Shown here in pieces: positions 30,447 to 40,416 of a DNA stretch of 64,000 nt. Both the position numbers and the translations under genes were made by a program. Position 1 is the first letter of the stretch; every line of letters begins with the position of its first letter. The DNA lies in contig VMGJ01000006.1 in the NCBI GenBank assembly GCA_007376485.1, positions 779 to 64,778 of the forward strand. The letters run 5' to 3'. The stretch comes from Parcubacteria group bacterium Licking1014_17 (GTDB taxonomy: Bacteria > Patescibacteriota > Minisyncoccia > 2-02-FULL-40-12 > IGHO2-01-FULL-4-A). Under the pieces are notes generated by a model, which had not been told where the DNA came from, made no database searches, and saw nothing but the letters and a program-made list of their open reading frames with translations.

Positions 30447-30608
30447 GCCTAAGTTTTCAATTTTAGGAAAATTTAGCTTGAAAACTTAAGTGGGATAACA
30501 ATAAATACATTATATCAGATTCGGGGCGATTTGGCAAAAAACAAAAAACCCAGTAGCTTAGTGAACTAAGCGCCGGGTTTTGGGACTTTCAAAAGAAGCG
30601 TCTAAGTA

Positions 30609-30941
30609 TCACTCGTTCCAAAGGGAAAATTCCTTGAAAAGTTTCCACAAAAAATTGTATTCCCTTTCGCCCAACTTTTCATCCTTGATAAACTCCAGAA
30701 GCTCCTTCTTTTTCTTCAGGGATTTCGGTTTTCTTTCTTCGATGAGAATCTTCCTTTCAACCTCGGCAAACTCTTTGTTGACATTGGTGGGGGAGTAGTT
30801 TTGGGGAGCCGAGTTCTTTTTCAGATTGGGCTTGAGCCTATCCGGTGAGGTTACATGTGCGATATCGGCGTCGTTCAACTCGGCTTTATAATCTAAGACC
30901 TTCAATCCTTTCCGAGTTCCCCTTCTTTTATTTTCCGGCAT
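30609..30941 (-). CDS. Hypothetical Lys-rich protein
   Basis: 110-aa ORF with a downstream imperfect hairpin plus T-run at about 30540..30585. Confidence 0.4.
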   Translation of the reverse strand: MPENKRRGTRKGLKVLDYKAELNDADIAHVTSPDRLKPNLKKNSAPQNYSPTNVNKEFAEVERKILIEERKPKSLKKKKELLEFIKDEKLGEREYNFLWKLFKEFSLWNE

Positions 30942-31054
30942 ATAGCTCCCTTCGTAAAGCGTCCGCCATGGGCGAACGGAAAAATGTTTTTAAAGTAACC
31001 ACACAAACAATAACCTTGTAACAAATAAGGTGGTGCTTGTCAATAGTTTTTCCG

Positions 31055-31501
31055 TCAGAACGCCTTTTTGAGCAAACGTTCTATTTTTCTTTTGGACTCC
31101 CGTTTTGCGATGGTTTCGCGCTTATCAAATTTCTTTTTGCCTTTACCGACGCCGATTTCTAACTTCACCAACCCCTGTTTGCCGTAGATTTTTACCGGCA
31201 CGAGAGCCAAGCCCTTTTCGGCTGACTTCCCTATGAGATAATTCAATTCTTTTTTATTAAGAAGCAATTTCCGGTTTCTTTGCTGGTCGTAATCCGGCGG
31301 AGTGTTACCCGGCTGATAAGGAGAGACAATCGCGCCGACCAAAAACGGTTCGCCGTTCAGGATTTTTACATAGGCGCCTCTTAACGAAACTTTACCGCCC
31401 TTGATTGATTTAACTTCAAATCCCTTGAGGATTATTCCCGCCTCGTAGGTTTCAAGGATTTGATAATCAAAATTTGCTTTTGGGTTTGTGGCGTAAACCA
31501 T
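31055..31501 (-). CDS. smpB: SsrA-binding protein SmpB
   Basis: 148 aa. Typical SmpB sequence. Adjacent to tmRNA. Confidence 0.9.
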   Translation of the reverse strand: MVYATNPKANFDYQILETYEAGIILKGFEVKSIKGGKVSLRGAYVKILNGEPFLVGAIVSPYQPGNTPPDYDQQRNRKLLLNKKELNYLIGKSAEKGLALVPVKIYGKQGLVKLEIGVGKGKKKFDKRETIAKRESKRKIERLLKKAF

Positions 31502-31535
31502 AATTTATCCTGTTTACCCTGAGCTTGTCGAAGGG

Positions 31536-32597
31536 TTATCTGCGTTCTTCGAGAACGGTCGAGAGATTCAATGTTTCGCCGTCTCTAAGAACGGTAAGTT
31601 CAATTTTGTCTCCCACGCCCATATTATCAATAACATCAGCCACTTCCGTTTTTTCATCCAAATCCGTGCCGTTAATTGAAAGAATAAGGTCTTTTTCCTT
31701 AAGCCCGACTTTTTCGGCGGGAGAGCCGGGGACGACTGCCATCGCTCCAGGGGTGTGGTCTTTGAGAACCAGCGCGCCTTTGCGGTGGGGGAGATTATGC
31801 TTCTTGGCAATGCTTTCATTGAGCATAATGTAGCGGACGCCGAGAAACGGCTTAATAATCCGCCCATGCACGCGTAAATCATTCAAGTCGTCTTTCGCCC
31901 AATTGACGGGGATGGCAAAGCCGATATTTTGCGCTCCGTAAATGACAGCAGTGTTAATGCCGACGACTTCGCCGTCAAGATTCACAAGCGGCCCGCCGGA
32001 ATTGCCTTGATTGATAGCCACGTCGGTCTGGATGACGTGGCGGAGCTGTTCAACCAGATTGCCATCGCCCAAGGCGGCGGAGATTTTCCTGCCTAGGCCG
32101 GAAATTATTCCCTTTGAAACGGTGTTGGTAAATAAGCCGAGAGCGTTGCCGACAGCAATAACAGTCTGCCCGAGTTCAATTTCATCGGAATCGCCGAGTT
32201 CAAGCGTCGGCAATCCCTTGGCATCTATTTTTATGAACGCCACGTCATTCATCGGGTCGCGGAGGATTGTTTTCACGGGGTGTTCGCTTTCGTCGCTGAA
32301 AACCACGGTGTATTCCGCCGCCGCGTCGTAAACCACGTGCTTGTTGGTCATTATCAGGCCGTTTGAGTCCACAACAAACCCTGAACCGCCGCCGATTTTT
32401 ATTCTTTGGTCTTCCGGCTCTGCTTTGTTTTTTGTTTTGCCGTTGCTTTCGGCCTTGATATTCGTGTTTTCAACCCAAAACGTCGGACTTAACTTAATCT
32501 TTTTGATTTCCGACATCATCTTGGAAGCGGTAATGCTTACCACCGCCGGTCCCACTCTTTTGACAGTTTCTATTGTTTGCCGTTCAATGTCTGGCAT
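31536..32597 (-). CDS. htrA: HtrA/DegP-family serine protease with PDZ domain
   Basis: 353 aa. Catalytic triad context (TNKHVV...D...GNSGGPLVN). C-terminal PDZ. Confidence 0.85.
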   Translation of the reverse strand: MPDIERQTIETVKRVGPAVVSITASKMMSEIKKIKLSPTFWVENTNIKAESNGKTKNKAEPEDQRIKIGGGSGFVVDSNGLIMTNKHVVYDAAAEYTVVFSDESEHPVKTILRDPMNDVAFIKIDAKGLPTLELGDSDEIELGQTVIAVGNALGLFTNTVSKGIISGLGRKISAALGDGNLVEQLRHVIQTDVAINQGNSGGPLVNLDGEVVGINTAVIYGAQNIGFAIPVNWAKDDLNDLRVHGRIIKPFLGVRYIMLNESIAKKHNLPHRKGALVLKDHTPGAMAVVPGSPAEKVGLKEKDLILSINGTDLDEKTEVADVIDNMGVGDKIELTVLRDGETLNLSTVLEERR

Positions 32598-32695
32598 AGT
32601 TGAGTAAAGTATAACATGACCACAAAGAAGCTTACAAGGAAATTTTTTGTTTATCTTTCATTCCTGCCTCAAAATGTTAGTATTAACAAGGAAAA

Positions 32696-34414
32696 GTGAT
32701 GATTAGGGAAATTATTTCTAAAATTGTAGCTTCAGCCGCCGGCAAGTCCGGGTTTAAGCTTCCGGAAGAAGTTAAAATAACCCCCACCCCGGAAAAAGAT
32801 TTTGGCGATTATTCGACAAATATCGCTTTTATTTTGGCGAAACAAACCGGCAGGCCGTCGGAGGAAATCGCCGGAGAATTAGCTGAGACGATTAATTCAA
32901 TCAACCCGCCGGAATTTGAAAAAGTGGAAACCGCCGGTGGTTATGTGAATTTCTTTTTGAATAATAATTTTATTCAGAAAGAATTTGAGAAGACTACCGC
33001 TGATGAAAATTTCGGTATTGACCGCAAATTTGCCGGCAAAACCGTGATGGTTGAATTCACCGATGCGAATCCATTCAAGATTTTTCACATTGGGCATTTA
33101 ATGTCGAATTCAATTGGCGAAGCCCTTTCTCGGTTATATGAAGTAATTGGCGCGAAGGTGCTACGGGTAAATTGGCAAGGCGATATCGGTGTCCACGTGG
33201 CAAAAACCATTTGGGCGATAGGGACTGGAAAAATAAAAATGTCCGGCGAAGATGACCCGCTTGCGGGGAAATTAACCCAGCTGGGGCAGGCTTATGCCCT
33301 TGGGAACATCAGTTACGAGGATGATCCGGCGGCAAAAGTGGAAATTGATGAAATAAACAAGAAATTATACGAGCAGAGCGATCCAGAGCTCAATAAAATT
33401 TATACCACTGGCCGCCAATGGAGCCTGGATTATTTTGAAACAGTATATGATCGACTCGGGACCAAATTTATCCATTACTTTTTTGAAAGCGAAATGGGGC
33501 CGAAAGGGCTTGAGATGGTGTGGGCTCATCCGGATATTTTTGAGGAAGACAAGGGTGCTATTATTTTTCGCGGCGAGAATTACGGATTGCATACCCGCGT
33601 CTTTATAAGCGCGCAGGGTCTACCTACCTACGAAGCAAAAGAATTGGGCTTAAATCAGGAAAAATTTAATCTTTACCACCCTGATCTGTCCTTGATAGTT
33701 ACCGGTAATGAGATTGTAGAATATTTCAGAGTGCTTTTGAAAGTTATGAGTTTAATAATGCCGGACGTGGCCGAAAAAACACGCCACATTGCTCATGGAA
33801 CTCTACGCCTGCCAACAGGCAAGATGTCTTCGCGAACAGGCACCGTAATTTCAGCTGAAGAACTCATCGAGGACGTGAAAAAGGCGATAATCAGTTTACC
33901 AATAAAAGAGTCGAAGCTAACCGATGAAGAAAAGGGTACCAATGCCGAAGCCATTGCCATAGGAGCGATAAAATATTCCATTCTAAAACAGAGATCAGAA
34001 CAGGATATTATTTTTGATTTTGAAAAATCACTCTCTGTGAGCGGTAACAGCGGACCCTATTTGCAATACACTTTCGCGCGGCTGGCGGGAATTTTGGAAA
34101 AAGCGGGGGAGAATAACGGCGGGGGAGCGAACTATTCGGTTTTGGTTAAGGACGAAGAGCTAGACTTAATGAAGAAGATTTTGAGATTTTCAGATGCGGT
34201 TATGGCTTGTGCTGATGATAATTCCCTAAACCACCTAGCGACATTTTTATACGAGCTTTGTTCGCTGACGAATTATTTTTACGAGAAAGTGCCGGTCAAT
34301 AAGGAAAACGATGCTAAAATCCGCTACGTGCGGCTTGGGCTTATAAAAACGGTCAAAAATATTTTGGGAGCGGGACTAAATATTCTAGGCATCAAAACAC
34401 TGGAGAAAATTTAG
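32696..34414 (+). CDS. argS: Arginine--tRNA ligase
   Basis: 572 aa. HIGH-type motif FHIGHL. C-terminal DALR anticodon-binding domain. Confidence 0.9.
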   Translation: MMIREIISKIVASAAGKSGFKLPEEVKITPTPEKDFGDYSTNIAFILAKQTGRPSEEIAGELAETINSINPPEFEKVETAGGYVNFFLNNNFIQKEFEKTTADENFGIDRKFAGKTVMVEFTDANPFKIFHIGHLMSNSIGEALSRLYEVIGAKVLRVNWQGDIGVHVAKTIWAIGTGKIKMSGEDDPLAGKLTQLGQAYALGNISYEDDPAAKVEIDEINKKLYEQSDPELNKIYTTGRQWSLDYFETVYDRLGTKFIHYFFESEMGPKGLEMVWAHPDIFEEDKGAIIFRGENYGLHTRVFISAQGLPTYEAKELGLNQEKFNLYHPDLSLIVTGNEIVEYFRVLLKVMSLIMPDVAEKTRHIAHGTLRLPTGKMSSRTGTVISAEELIEDVKKAIISLPIKESKLTDEEKGTNAEAIAIGAIKYSILKQRSEQDIIFDFEKSLSVSGNSGPYLQYTFARLAGILEKAGENNGGGANYSVLVKDEELDLMKKILRFSDAVMACADDNSLNHLATFLYELCSLTNYFYEKVPVNKENDAKIRYVRLGLIKTVKNILGAGLNILGIKTLEKI

Positions 34415-34461
34415 ATTATATTTGAATTTTCCGCCGTTTTCGGTTAGTATTTCTATTACTT

Positions 34462-37400
34462 ATGCCCGAAAATTTTAATTTCGCTGAAAACGAGAAAAAG
34501 ATACTCAAATTCTGGAAAGAACAGAAGATTTTTGAGAAATCAATGGAACAAAGGAAAAAGTCCAAGCCCTTTGTGTTTTTTGAAGGTCCGCCGACGGCAA
34601 ACGGCTTGCCCCACGTGGGGCACTTTATGTCCCGTTCATATAAAGATGTTTTCGGACGCTATAAAACAATGCGCGGGTATTATGTTTTGAGGCGAGCCGG
34701 CTGGGATACCCACGGGTTGCCGGTAGAAATTGAAGTAGAAAAAGGGCTTGGTCTCAAAAATAAAAAAGAGATTGAAGAATATGGGATTGCAAAGTTCAAC
34801 AAAAAAGCCAAAGAGAGCGTATGGAAATACAAATCCGAATGGGAAAGAACTTCGGAAAGGATGGGCATCTGGCTGGATTTTGATAACTACTACGCCACCT
34901 ACAAAAACTCTTATATAGAATCCGTCTGGTGGTTTCTTAAAGAGGCGTGGAATAAGAAACTTCTGTATAAGGGGCACAAGGTTTTGCCTTACTGCACACG
35001 CTGTGGGACATCGCTTTCAAGCCACGAGGTGGCGCAGGGCTACAAAGACGTTACCGAGCCGGCGGTTTATATAAAGTTCAAACTTGAAAAAAAGCAAAAA
35101 ATAAAAGGGTGGAATATTCCCAAAAACACTTGTTTTCTTGCTTGGACGACAACGCCATGGACTTTGCCGGGAAACGTTGCCCTGGCAGTGGGCGAAAAAT
35201 TCAAGTATCTCGTAGTTCGCATTGGCGATGAGTTTTTGATTTTAGCCGAGGGCAGGGAGTCGGTGCTAAAAGGGGAACGCGAGCTGGTGAAAAGTTTTGC
35301 CGGGAAGGACCTGGTCGGTCTTCGATACGAATCTTTATTTAAAATTAAATCCCTATCGACTAAAAAATCACACCGGATTTATCCGGCGGATTTCGTTACC
35401 ACCGAAAACGGCACCGGCATCGTGCACACGGCGGTGATGTACGGCGAGGACGATTACGAACTCGGCAAAAAAGTCGGCTTGCCTATGCACCATACCGTGG
35501 ATTTGCAGGGAAAATTCACCAAAGAAGTAAAGGGACTGGCTGGGCAGTATGTTAAAGATGCCGACAAGGATATTATAGAGACACTCAAAAAAGGGGGACT
35601 GTTATACGGTCAGGAGCCCTATACCCATTCCTATCCGCACTGCTGGCGGTGCAAACTGCCGTTGATTTATTACGCCAAGGATTCCTGGTTTATCCGGATG
35701 TCGTCTCTGCGTAAAGAATTGATTAAAAGAAACGAAACGGTAAACTGGCGACCCGAGCACATTAAAGAAGGGCGTTTCGGAGAGTTTTTGCACGAGGTTA
35801 AAGACTGGGCGTTAAGCCGAGAACGTTATTGGGGGACTCCGTTGCCGGTTTGGCAATGTCTCAAATGCAAAAATTATATTGCCGTAGGGTCAATCGAGGA
35901 TTTGGAAAAATACCGCCCAAGGAAGAAAAATGTTTATTACATTCTTCGCCACGGGCACAGCGAAAAAAACGCCAACGGCGGAAAAGAAGACATTATCAGC
36001 ACCCTGCTTGAATCGGACAAATACCATCTGACCCATAAGGGAGTGGAGCAGGTAAAAAAAGCTATTGAAGAACTGAAAAAGAAAAAGGTCAAGCTGGACG
36101 CGATTTATTGCTCGCCGTTTATCAGGGCGAAAGAGACGGCGGAAATAGTCGGCAATCACTTCGGGATAAAAGCAAAAACAGATAAAAGATTAAGCGAAAG
36201 ATTGCACGGACCGATGTGCGAAGGCAAACCGGAAAGGCTTTGCGAAATGCTGGTGCCGGCGACTCCGGAAAGCAAGCATGCGGGCGGCGAGTCAATCATG
36301 GAGGTCAAGGCAAGGATGTCCCGGTTTCTTAGGGAAATTGATGAAAAACACGAAGGTAAGACAATATTGGTCATCAGCCATGGCGATCCGCTGTGGGCAC
36401 TGACGGCTTTCACCGAGAATATTTCCGAAGATAAAATAATAAGCACGCGGCAGCGCCTGATGCCCGGGACCGGCGAATTGAAAAAAATCAACCTCAAAAA
36501 TTATCCCTACAACGTGGAGGGCGACCTTGATGTTCACCGACCGTTTATTGATGGAGTGGCGCTAAAGTGCCCAAAATGCGGCGGGAAATCCGTAAGAACG
36601 CCGGAAGTCTGTGACTGCTGGCTCGATTCCGGCTGTATGCCTTTCGCCCAGTGGCATTATCCTTTTGAGAATAAAAATTGGATAGACAAACCGAGTGGTT
36701 CGGACAAACAGTATCCGGCTGATTTTATTGTCGAAGCCATTGACCAAACCAGGGGCTGGTTCTACACATTGCTGGCCGTGGCTACTATTCTGGGCCGTCC
36801 CGCTCCGTATAAAAATGTCGGTGTTACCGGGTTCGCCATGGCGAGCGAGGGCAAGAAATTGTCCAAGTCGGAAGGAGCGGGCGAAGGATTCACTAAAATA
36901 ATAGAAGAATACAGCGCGGACGGCTTGCGATGGTATCTTTTTACCGTCAATGATTTAGGTGACAATAAGACGATTACCGCGCAGGATGTCCAGAAGAAGT
37001 TCAGGAATTTTCTTTTGATTTTATTCAATACTCTAAGATTTTTCAGCTTGTATCCCATAAAGGATAAGGCATTGCTGATAAACGAACCGGAACCCCAGGG
37101 GCTTTTGGATAAGTGGCTCCTTGCCCGCCTTAAAAAAACAGTGGCGGAGGCGACAAAACTTCTTGACAGTTATTATCCGACTCCGGCGACGCGGCTGATC
37201 GGGCAGTTCGTAGTTGAGGATTTGTCGAAATGGTGGCTCCGCCTGTCGCGCCAAAGATTCCAAAGGCCCGAGAGCGAACTTTCCCACGTATACGTGAGTT
37301 CATATTTGAGGTATATCCTTTTGGAAATCGCTAAGTTGCTTTCGCCGTTTATCCCTTATTTTACGGAACATATATACCGCGAATTGAATCACGGGCTTAA

Positions 37401-37974
37401 GGTTTCCGTGCCCAGCATACATTTGCTCGACTGGCCCAAGCTGGCTCCGTTTGAGGAAGCAGAAAAATTGGCGCTGGAAGAAATGGAAGATGTCAGGCAT
37501 TACGCGGCTTGTGGGCTGGCTCAGCGCCAGATAAAACAGATAAAAGTCAGACAACCGCTGGCATCTGCGAAGATTAAGCGGGAAAAGCGTTTCGACGCGG
37601 AATTGCAGGATATATTGAGAGCCGAGCTTAACGTGAAAGTAATCGAATACGATCCCGCCCAAGCCGGGGAAGCGGAGATAGACGATAACATCACGGCTGA
37701 ACTGCGCCAGGAGGGCTATGCCCGCGAGCTTGTGCGCAATATCCAGGAAATGCGCAAGGACGCCAAATACCCGCTGGATTACAAAGTCGGGGCGTATTGG
37801 GAAACCGAGAACAAGGAGCTGGCGCTTGCCATCGAAAATCTGCGGGACTTGATTAAAAATGATTCCTTATTGTCCGAAATAAATCGCGGCAACGCCGGTG
37901 CGGGGCATTTTGACGTCGAAAAGAAATTCAATCTGGCGCCAGGCGTAGAAATTTGGCTGGGACTTAAAGCTTAA
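34462..37974 (+). CDS. ileS: Isoleucine--tRNA ligase carrying an inserted histidine-phosphatase-like domain
   Basis: 1170 aa. HVGH motif, CP1 editing domain (TTPWTLP), WALSRERYWG, KLSKS. About 200 aa at residues ~488-690 (nt ~35920..36530) show RHGHSEKN and VISHGDPLWAL motifs, between CLKC and CPKCGG. Confidence 0.9.
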   Translation: MPENFNFAENEKKILKFWKEQKIFEKSMEQRKKSKPFVFFEGPPTANGLPHVGHFMSRSYKDVFGRYKTMRGYYVLRRAGWDTHGLPVEIEVEKGLGLKNKKEIEEYGIAKFNKKAKESVWKYKSEWERTSERMGIWLDFDNYYATYKNSYIESVWWFLKEAWNKKLLYKGHKVLPYCTRCGTSLSSHEVAQGYKDVTEPAVYIKFKLEKKQKIKGWNIPKNTCFLAWTTTPWTLPGNVALAVGEKFKYLVVRIGDEFLILAEGRESVLKGERELVKSFAGKDLVGLRYESLFKIKSLSTKKSHRIYPADFVTTENGTGIVHTAVMYGEDDYELGKKVGLPMHHTVDLQGKFTKEVKGLAGQYVKDADKDIIETLKKGGLLYGQEPYTHSYPHCWRCKLPLIYYAKDSWFIRMSSLRKELIKRNETVNWRPEHIKEGRFGEFLHEVKDWALSRERYWGTPLPVWQCLKCKNYIAVGSIEDLEKYRPRKKNVYYILRHGHSEKNANGGKEDIISTLLESDKYHLTHKGVEQVKKAIEELKKKKVKLDAIYCSPFIRAKETAEIVGNHFGIKAKTDKRLSERLHGPMCEGKPERLCEMLVPATPESKHAGGESIMEVKARMSRFLREIDEKHEGKTILVISHGDPLWALTAFTENISEDKIISTRQRLMPGTGELKKINLKNYPYNVEGDLDVHRPFIDGVALKCPKCGGKSVRTPEVCDCWLDSGCMPFAQWHYPFENKNWIDKPSGSDKQYPADFIVEAIDQTRGWFYTLLAVATILGRPAPYKNVGVTGFAMASEGKKLSKSEGAGEGFTKIIEEYSADGLRWYLFTVNDLGDNKTITAQDVQKKFRNFLLILFNTLRFFSLYPIKDKALLINEPEPQGLLDKWLLARLKKTVAEATKLLDSYYPTPATRLIGQFVVEDLSKWWLRLSRQRFQRPESELSHVYVSSYLRYILLEIAKLLSPFIPYFTEHIYRELNHGLKVSVPSIHLLDWPKLAPFEEAEKLALEEMEDVRHYAACGLAQRQIKQIKVRQPLASAKIKREKRFDAELQDILRAELNVKVIEYDPAQAGEAEIDDNITAELRQEGYARELVRNIQEMRKDAKYPLDYKVGAYWETENKELALAIENLRDLIKNDSLLSEINRGNAGAGHFDVEKKFNLAPGVEIWLGLKA

Positions 37975-37983
37975 TTCTAAAAA

Positions 37984-38505
37984 ATGCGGCCAACTGCCAT
38001 AATTTTGAAAAAAATCCCGAAGGGTGAATACGACGACCTGATTATCTGCTACACAAAACATGAGGGCAAGCAAACCTATCAGGCAAAAGGCGTTAAACGC
38101 CATACGTCCCTGCAGGCGAACCATCTGGATATTTTAAACCTTATAGATTTTTCACTGGTCAGAGGGAACGGCCATCCTATAATAACCAGCGCGAATTGCC
38201 TGGATAGCTTTGGCGGGATCAAGTCATCGCTCAAGAGTTTAGCCGCTTCTTTCGTTGTGGTTGATTATTTCGACAAATTTATCTTTGCCGCCCAGCGGGA
38301 CGATAAGTTATGGGACTTTTTGAATGAAACCCTGCAGGAATACAACCGGTTGAGCGGTGATAATAATACGGATTGGAACCCCGTAATCCAAAAAACCAAG
38401 CATGATTTCATCCGAACGCTTGGATATCACGGCGATACCCTGGCGAGCCATTTAAGCGGCGCGCCTCTGGAATCGTTACGTTTTGTCCAAAAAGTGATAC
38501 AATAA
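37984..38505 (+). CDS. recO: DNA repair protein RecO-like (short form)
   Basis: 173 aa. N-terminal OB-fold pattern similar to RecO. Confidence 0.55.
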   Translation: MRPTAIILKKIPKGEYDDLIICYTKHEGKQTYQAKGVKRHTSLQANHLDILNLIDFSLVRGNGHPIITSANCLDSFGGIKSSLKSLAASFVVVDYFDKFIFAAQRDDKLWDFLNETLQEYNRLSGDNNTDWNPVIQKTKHDFIRTLGYHGDTLASHLSGAPLESLRFVQKVIQ

Positions 38506-38513
38506 AAAAATAA

Positions 38514-40409
38514 ATGAATGACGGTAATTTTACGGTGGAACCCCTTTCGCCGGCGACGGAAGAAAGGGTTCAGCCCGAAGAACAATTTGAAACAATGGTG
38601 TCGCCAAGCCAGAACCCTCCGGTGCAGGTTTCACCCTTGACGGTTGAACCCCAAGCTTCCGTCAAGATACCCTGGCTTAGCGCCTTTCTCACGCCCAGAC
38701 AGCTGAAATACGTAATGTTAGGAGGGTTGGGAATAATTATTTTAGCGGTAGCTTTGTTTTTCATATTCAGAAGCCCGTTTAACGAGACGCGGGTGTCGCT
38801 TAGTATTGAAGCAACTTCGAGTATCGCTTCCGGCCAGGAAGTTACCTATAAGGTCGCATACAAAAACGGCAACAGGGTAACTCTTAAGAATGTTAAGCTG
38901 GCGTTTTTTTACCCGGAAGATTCCGTGCCTCTGAAAGACGGGCAGCCGGCGGCTTTTACCAACGAAACGGTTGATATCGGCGAAATCGGCGGAGGGGGCA
39001 GCAGCGATAAAACCTTTACGGCGATAGTGGTAGGGGATAAAGGCGACGTCCGCACCGCCCGAGCGATTTTGACTTACAGGCCGAGCACCATCACTTCGTA
39101 TCTACAGAAAGAAGTCGTCCAGCCAATCAATGTCATGTCGCTTGAGGTGCCGCTTGCCATAGACGCGCCGCAGAATGCCATCAGCGGCCAGAGCGTCAGA
39201 TATGTCGTCACGATGAATAACGAAGCCGGCAGGGACATTAATTATTTGAGATTGAAAGCGACCTATCCTCGCGGATTCAGGGTGACTTCGTCCAGCCCCC
39301 AAGCGGCAGGCGATAACGACACTTGGGACATCGCGTCCCTGCCCGACGGCAAAAGCGGCAAGATTACCGTCCAGGGAGTTCTTGTCGGCGTGCAGAACGA
39401 AAATAAAACGATTTCCTTCCTATTGCAGAGAAAAATGACGCTTTCCGGCGGCGAGGACTATGTCAATTATGAAAAAAGCGAGGCAACCACCGTATTATCA
39501 CTTCCGCCCTTGAGCGCCCAGATTCTTGTTAATAATTCAGACAACTACACCGCCCATCTCGGAGACCGCCTGCAATACACGGTGATTCTTAAAAACAACT
39601 CCAACTCTACTTTGGAAAGAATAACCCTGACGTCGAAGCTGGAAGGCAATATGTATGATTACACTTCGGTTGACACCACGGGCTTTTTTGACAGCCGCGA
39701 GAAAACAATCAGCTGGAACGCGTCCTCGTTTCCCCAACTTTTGTCTTTGGGACCAAATCAGGAAGCGCGGATAAGCTTCACGGTGGCGCTAAACCGCTCT
39801 TTTGCCGGCAGTGCCAAAGACTCATCCGTAAAAGCCAGTGTGCATTCCGAAACTTCAAGCGTGCCGTCGGGCTACAGCGTGGACAAGATAGTTTCCGATT
39901 CCGATGTGACAACCCGCATAACCACTTCGCCGTCTTTGGATAATAAAGTTTTTGTTTCCGACCCGGTGTTCGGCTCGGGCGGACCAATGCCGCTGAAAGT
40001 TGACGTTAAATCTTTCTTTACAGTTAAACTGTCGCTGGTTAATCCATCCAACGACCTTTCTTCCGCCAAAATCAGAGTTGTCCTTGCGCCGGGCGTAACC
40101 TGGCAGGACAGGGTGCGCGTCAGCGGCAATTTCCCGCCGCCGGTATTTGACCCGATAAGCGGCATCGTCAGCTGGAACTTGGGCATTTTGCCGGGCGGCG
40201 CGGGAACGAAAACGCCGGCCGTTGAAGCTTACTTCCAGATAAGCGTTACCCCATCGGTCAATCAGATTAACCAAACGGTGTTGTTCACCCGCAGCGCGGT
40301 CTTGGAAGGAACGGACAACACTACAAATGAGTTTGTCGCGCGCACGCTGTCCGAATTGCGTTCAAGCAATTTGTCGGATTACAGTGGGAACAGTACGGTA
40401 GCCCAATAA
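38514..40409 (+). CDS. Membrane-anchored surface protein with DUF11-like (conserved repeat domain) repeats
   Basis: 631 aa. N-terminal TM. Repeated G(D/Q)x(V/L)xYx(V/I)xxxN motifs. Confidence 0.55.
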   Translation: MNDGNFTVEPLSPATEERVQPEEQFETMVSPSQNPPVQVSPLTVEPQASVKIPWLSAFLTPRQLKYVMLGGLGIIILAVALFFIFRSPFNETRVSLSIEATSSIASGQEVTYKVAYKNGNRVTLKNVKLAFFYPEDSVPLKDGQPAAFTNETVDIGEIGGGGSSDKTFTAIVVGDKGDVRTARAILTYRPSTITSYLQKEVVQPINVMSLEVPLAIDAPQNAISGQSVRYVVTMNNEAGRDINYLRLKATYPRGFRVTSSSPQAAGDNDTWDIASLPDGKSGKITVQGVLVGVQNENKTISFLLQRKMTLSGGEDYVNYEKSEATTVLSLPPLSAQILVNNSDNYTAHLGDRLQYTVILKNNSNSTLERITLTSKLEGNMYDYTSVDTTGFFDSREKTISWNASSFPQLLSLGPNQEARISFTVALNRSFAGSAKDSSVKASVHSETSSVPSGYSVDKIVSDSDVTTRITTSPSLDNKVFVSDPVFGSGGPMPLKVDVKSFFTVKLSLVNPSNDLSSAKIRVVLAPGVTWQDRVRVSGNFPPPVFDPISGIVSWNLGILPGGAGTKTPAVEAYFQISVTPSVNQINQTVLFTRSAVLEGTDNTTNEFVARTLSELRSSNLSDYSGNSTVAQ

Positions 40410-40416
40410 AATATTT

